DNA of 64,000 nt, from NCBI GenBank assembly GCA_973895155.1, contig OZ316896.1:5756166-5820165 (forward strand). Direction: 5' to 3'. Numbering within the stretch: the first letter of the stretch is position 1; the number at the start of each line of letters is the position of its first letter. Shown one piece after another: positions 58,304-64,000 of the stretch. Under the pieces are notes generated by a model that saw only the letters and a list, made by a program, of their open reading frames with translations, did not search any database and was not told the origin of the DNA. This stretch comes from Marsupella aquatica. Lineage: Eukaryota; Plantae; Marchantiophyta. The position numbers and the translations under genes are program-made.

Positions 58304-59724
58304 GACACGGGTGGTTGTGCGATTCCCGTACTGAAATGGAACTAAGCTAGTCTTGTAGGTTTGCCTTTCATTTGGCAACCATCAATGGACGCTGGGTAAT
58401 AGCAGGGACCCACTAAAACATATTTCTCTTGAGCTGTAGCACCTTGGAATAGGTGTGGTTGTACCATAGATACGAAATCAGGCCCGGAATGGCATATTCG
58501 ATAGTTGTCGCCCTCATGTCTTAGTTAGTTGTAAAGCCTTGCTCCGTTCGTAGGAGTGAATTTTGAGTTCAATTGCCATTTGAGAGTTCGTAGGTCGGCC
58601 TTATATATGTCATATGATTTCATTAAGTGGTTGTTGGTTCCTAAAAGTGTTAGTGCAGGAGTGGACAGTTTGTACTCATTTTTAATATGGATAGTAAGGA
58701 GCCTCAAGTCAAGTGGACAGCGGGGCTTCTCTCATGCTTTGAAGCAATTCGGCTTTTTCTGTTACTGAAGCCGATTCTCTCCGCAGCGAGGCACTCTGAC
58801 TATCTGGCTAAGGATTATGGAATGAAAGACCTCAGGTTATCAACGCAATCTGAATTTTCTATCGTGTACTACAGACTTGTATGGATGTCAGCCTAAATTT
58901 TGTCAAATCGTTTTAAGTTTTTTACTCAGTTCTTAACTTCTGTATGTTGAGGAAAAATCTCTATTTAATCTGTGCCATGTACTCAGGTATAGTAGCTTGT
59001 GATAGGACATGCACCAGACCAACTTTTAACGCTCAGAATGTATGCTCAAATTCCTCCCAAAACGTGAATAGCTACATGACCTGTTAGATCTTTCCCTTGG
59101 ATGTGAAGCTCGTGAAGGAAGTTTGCCATTGTGCACCTGGTGAAAATGATCTTGGGAAACTTGGTGGGCCAATCTCAAAAACGAGGGCAAGGAAAATAGC
59201 CCCGCAGGCAAAGTTCTCATGCCTAGAGCTTCCTGGTGAACTATGTTGGCTTTCTCTAGCGGCAAATGGGGATAATATCATCGTACTTCAAATAAATGTT
59301 TCCATAGGTGGCATGCAAGAAATGAATCCTAGAATCCTACGTTCAGTCAGGCGGAACTTCAGAGGGAGTTCATAGTGTCTTCATGGTGTAAGAACTCAAG
59401 AACCGAGATCTACAGCGGGAGTTCATGGTGTAAAAACTCAAGAAACAGAAATCTGCAGCGGGAGCCACAATCGGATAGTTTTTGGTGTTGATCCACAATC
59501 GGATAGATTTTGGTGTTTTGACTGGGATGCATGTCAATGTGCTCCAGAAGTAGAGTTTCCATATGATTTCAGGTCCACAAACCCGAAAAATAACACCTCG
59601 AATTGAACTTTTTTATCAAATTGTTTTAGCCCCCACCTTCAAGTAAACATGGATTGCTGATTTGCCATTACCTGAACTTGGTCTTTGGGCTAGTACCAAG
59701 CAATTAATTGTAAGCAAGGCGGTT

Positions 59725-60162
59725 TCGATGCATTAGGCATGTGGGTAGAGTTTGCCTGTCGTTCTTTATATTTAATCACTTCGTAATAAGCACTCCAGTA
59801 TTCTGAAGTAAGATTTCAACCGTTCACCTGAGGATTGGAGGAGACACACGTACCACTGTTCGATGCATGAGGATGTGCGTAAACTTCCAAGGTTCTTTCA
59901 AATGTTTATAATCACTTCGTAGAGAAAAAGCAGCTTTCTGAAGTAAGATTTCGAACTGTTCACCTTCGGATTGGAGGCGAGACACATTATAAACACTACT
60001 CTATGCATGAGGATGTGTGTACATTTCCAAGGTTCCTTGTTTTTAATCATCTCGTAGAAATAGCACTTCGGCATTCTGAAGTAAGATTTCAAACCGTTCA
60101 CCTACGGATTGGAGGAGAGATACCACTGTTCTATGCATGAGGATGTGTGTACACTGCCAAGA
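59725..60162. repeat. ~135-bp tandem repeat, ~3.3 copies
   Basis: TTCTGAAGTAAGATTTC...GTTCACCT...GGATTGGAGG...ATGCATGAGGATGTG recurs at ~59801, 59936, 60074. Confidence 0.85.
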
Positions 60163-60424
60163 TAAACCTTTGTATTCAATTAATATGCGAAAATGAAACG
60201 AGAGATATACCCTGTACCTCAAAGAGCTATACATCAGGATCGGATTGACTTGAGCCCTCTCCTGCTCCTGGGTGGGGTAAGGTAACCATGATAGGATATA
60301 TTTTAGGAGGTAGAATACATGGAGGCAGTATGGAGGGAAGGAGAGACAGCTCAGTCCTTCTCGAGTCACCATGCTCCCCTTTTGTCACGGACCTGGAAAG
60401 TACATTTCTTGTAGTGACACTTAA

Positions 60425-60590
60425 GGGCAATCAGTCTGTCTTCATGTTCTAGTGTAATTGTCAATAAAAGAAGAATCCGTGACATATTTATGGATACAAA
60501 AGAAATTGGGCAATCAGTCTGTCTTCATGTTCTAGTGTAACTGTCAATAACAATAGACTCCGTGACATGTTTATGAATACAAAAAAAATT
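60425..60590. repeat. ~82-bp tandem duplication
   Basis: GGGCAATCAGTCTGTCTTCATGTTCTAGTGTAA at ~60425 and ~60508. Confidence 0.8.
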
Positions 60591-60844
60591 GTGACAGTTT
60601 TATCAACTGGGACAACTTTAATAGCAAACTACAGTAGCTAAAAGTTTTTCCCCCTTTATTGGGTCTCCCCTTGGTTCCTCAGGGTATAAAACTTTTTGCT
60701 CTTTAAACTTATTACATATATTGAGTTTTTGTTTTCATTTGCCATGTGCCAAACGTTATCTTTTGTGACATAGTAGATGCCAAGAAAATTCACTATGACC
60801 CAGATTGAAACCCACTAGCCATGACAAAACCCCGACCCACCAGG

Positions 60845-60862
60845 TTTAGGGTTTAGGGTTTA
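60845..60862 (+). repeat. Short interstitial plant telomeric repeat (TTTAGGG)2.5
   Basis: TTTAGGGTTTAGGGTTTA. Confidence 0.5.
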
Positions 60863-63800
60863 CCACTAAAAGCAATTTTTTTCCTTAAATTGTGGAGCAG
60901 AGAATTCCCGCCATACAGCAGCCTCAAAAACATATATACCTTTTGAAAAGCTATACAGGAACCTAAAATTAAAGGGGCTGCCAGAAATGGCTAAATTCTA
61001 AATAGAAATGGCTAAAGTATATATTGATTAGATCAAATTAACATAAAAATACATTGAAAGCAACTTGAATGAGGCAAAATAGCCAAAGATTGTACTTTTC
61101 TAGCTTTTGAAAAGATTTGTATTTTTTCATTAACTTTGTTATAATCATTCTTTCAATACTTGTGTTTCATAAACTAGTCAAATTAAAATGTCTCTTCACA
61201 TGCACTCTTCAATTCTTTTGGATAAGTCAAAGTAGGCATGTATTAGAATGAACATGCTATATATTCTCCTATATAGAGGTGTGGGTGGAAAAAAGGGGGT
61301 GGGAAAGGTTCTTTTGGATAAGTCAAAATAGGCATATATTAGAATGAACATCTGCTACATAGAGGTGGGAGTGGAAAAGGGGGTGGAATGTGGGAAAACG
61401 GGAAGTCTTGGACCCTCCCACTTTATATATGGCCGTTTAAGGGTGGCTAATAGACCTGTGAGTTAGTGGGAGACTGGCTCATGAGACCAAAACCTTTGAC
61501 CAATTTATGCCAAGACAAGATAGTGGACGAGAAGAAATATCGCTAAATTTCACCACTGAAAAGACTCATAGTGGACCAACTTCAGAGCACTACATGACTA
61601 CCGGCGGATGGACTCGAGTTCTGGACAAACAGTAAAAGCTCTGCTCTGCTCAGCTCAGCTCTGCTAAGCTCAGCTCTGCTCCACAAGTTTTTGGTGGTTT
61701 CTGTCCTATCCACCTGGTAGGCTCTCATTCCTTCGACGTAGGTGGTGGCGGCTAGAGTCCTCCAGAGAGCTCAGAATTTTGAAGAGCCGAACATTATTTG
61801 ATATCCGAAGTGTCTGAAATCGCCTGAAAACCGCTCAAAAGAGCACACCACGACGTCACTTTGGGCACCAGGACGGCGCTGACGACAGACGCCAGATTTC
61901 CCTCTCCATAGTTAAAAGGTCACGACCCTTTTCGGCTTTATCGGGTGTTCTTTCGACTTTTGGATCCTGTCTCCAAAAGGTTTGACGTTTTTGTTCTTTA
62001 GCAGTGTGTGATAGTTAAATATATATTTTCGGCTAGGTGTGACATGTTTTGCACTTCAGAAGCTTCACCAGGTGGGCCCTGCACTTTCAGCCCCAGTCCA
62101 AAGGCACCAAACGAGCTTCAAAAACATTTCCTGGACGAGGATTGTTCTTTCCCAACTTCAGAAGTAAAAAACCATCTGCGTGCCATTTCGTTTCTTTCCG
62201 GTTTGAGACCTCAACACATGATCACTCTGTTCAAGACGTGGGCAGCTTATAAGATGCTGGAAACCAGAGCAGAATTTGGAACAAGCTACCGAGGTGGAGA
62301 TTGTGATGTCATTCTGACTCCAGTTATGATACTGGTATTTTATGGCGCAAGCGGATTGGCTTGAATGAACATGGAAGTCGCAATCACGTGACCGGTCGAG
62401 GATCTCTGAGTCTCTATGGTGTGGGTGCGACTGACTTTCGGATCGCACACGCAATCATTATCGATTGTACAATGACTTTTTTCAGCGGGATGACGGATGC
62501 AGGAACTATTGACAAACATATTTAGGCGAGATAAATTGCGTCTACCGTGAAGTACTGGAAACATGGGGAAGGAAATTGCATGCCCTTCGCGCTCTTGGTG
62601 TAAATTATGTCCAAATAATAGCAGAGTACTCAGCACAATTCAGTTTTCATGTCGTAGTGTTTGCTCCAGGCACGCAGACGACCAATCAGGTTGGGTGGTC
62701 AGATACATTGGAAGGAGTTTGAAAGCCTAGGACTCCTAGGAGATACCAATATTTGACCGCAAGACACAACTTTGACTGGACGGTGTGAGACAGAGAGAGG
62801 ATTCTATGTGAATTTGGTGGGAGCCTCTCCTTTCATAATGTTAGGACTAGAATTAATGAGATTGTACTTGTTGACGAAGATGACGATGTGTCAACGCAAA
62901 TGAATTATCGTGAGTCGATTTGCAATATTGATTAAAGGTTTAGGAAATCAAGGGTCTATGTGAAGGTCGAACAACAGGAGTGGTAGACAAACAAAGTGCT
63001 GCTGTTTTCTCCACTTGAGAAGTAGTCTACAGAATCCATTCGACCTATTCATTGCATAAAAAACGACTGCAGTTTCTTAGTTCAGATCACTCGATCTACT
63101 TCATTGTCGCTGATCGATTTGACTGCGATCGCTACGATTCAAAGATGGTGTAACCCATGTGGATACAGAAACAGACCACAAAAAGAGTGAAACACTTTTT
63201 TCGTCGAAGTGGACTTTCCCAGAAGGAGCCGAGAGTGAACTATTATCTTCCTCATGATTTCTAAAATTTCTCGGAACTCTGGTTTCAGCTCAGAGATGAG
63301 TCCTCGTTCTCGTCATCTGGAGTCTGAGACACAGATAAAGTTGATTCTGTATAGCAAGGGTCCAAACTTGGGGAGGCGCGGACTCCTTCGGTATGTTAGT
63401 ACTGTAGCATGTCTGGTTTTTAGTGCGAGAATGCAGCGAAAGGACGTTGGATTCCCTCACAATTGGCAGGCGAGAGAAAACGACCACCAAATACTTCAGG
63501 GTCTGGTGTTATGACTTTGAGGTGCGAACAGTAGGTGCTATTAGTGTTAATGAGCGGATTGCCGTCCCCTATCATCAGAGCTATGTAGTAAGGAATCTCA
63601 GACCTGGACATTTCACTAGTTTCGGTCAAAAGTTTTACGCCTGAAAAGCGTCCGGAGTTGTGTAGCCATTAGTGAACTCTCTTAAATTTCGCAGAAAAGC
63701 AAAATTCCTAAAATTCACCATGATCACAGAGTTACGGTTACATACACAGAGTAGTGGTCACTTCACACACCACCATCGACCATTATAGCTAGAGTTGGAG

Positions 63801-64000
63801 ACCAGTAAAGTCGATATAGGTTAGAACCTAACTTTCTCGGAGACGGGTTAACAGTCGCGAAATCTTCGCCGTGACTTCGTAACCTCACACAAGCATTACA
63901 CTCAGGTCGATGGCAGGCGAGTACATTGGGTGAGAAAAACATGCCGGATGGATTGAGCAGATAACCAATCAGACCCCAACAAATAGAGTTCAGTTCTAAT

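Overview
Eukaryotic nuclear DNA from a land plant, probably a non-seed plant such as a liverwort or other bryophyte (inferred from gene content and style, not provable here). The ORF track is fragmented by spliceosomal GT-AG introns. I reconstructed six protein genes by hand: mitochondrial ribosomal protein bL21 (+), a NOL/NYC1-family plastid SDR whose catalytic YxxxK reads HxxxK (-), an F-box/kelch protein (+), a class I SAM methyltransferase (+), an RH3/PMH-family organellar DEAD-box helicase with GUCT-like region and CCHC knuckle (-), and TIM50 (+). Intergenic space is a transposon graveyard: Copia-type LTRs (three solo LTRs with perfect 5-bp TSDs), non-autonomous Helitrons, MITEs, a 5'-truncated L1 inserted in a satellite, several tandem arrays and an array of 18-bp palindromes. 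The top find is a young 334-bp TRIM in an intron of the methyltransferase gene (33083-33416). Each of its two 138-bp LTRs carries a tRNA-derived Pol III cassette, and it has an iMet PBS, a PPT and a CATCC TSD, i.e. a tRNA analogue of Cassandra (Helenus-like). All splice models and coordinates were read by eye and need RNA-seq or alignment confirmation.
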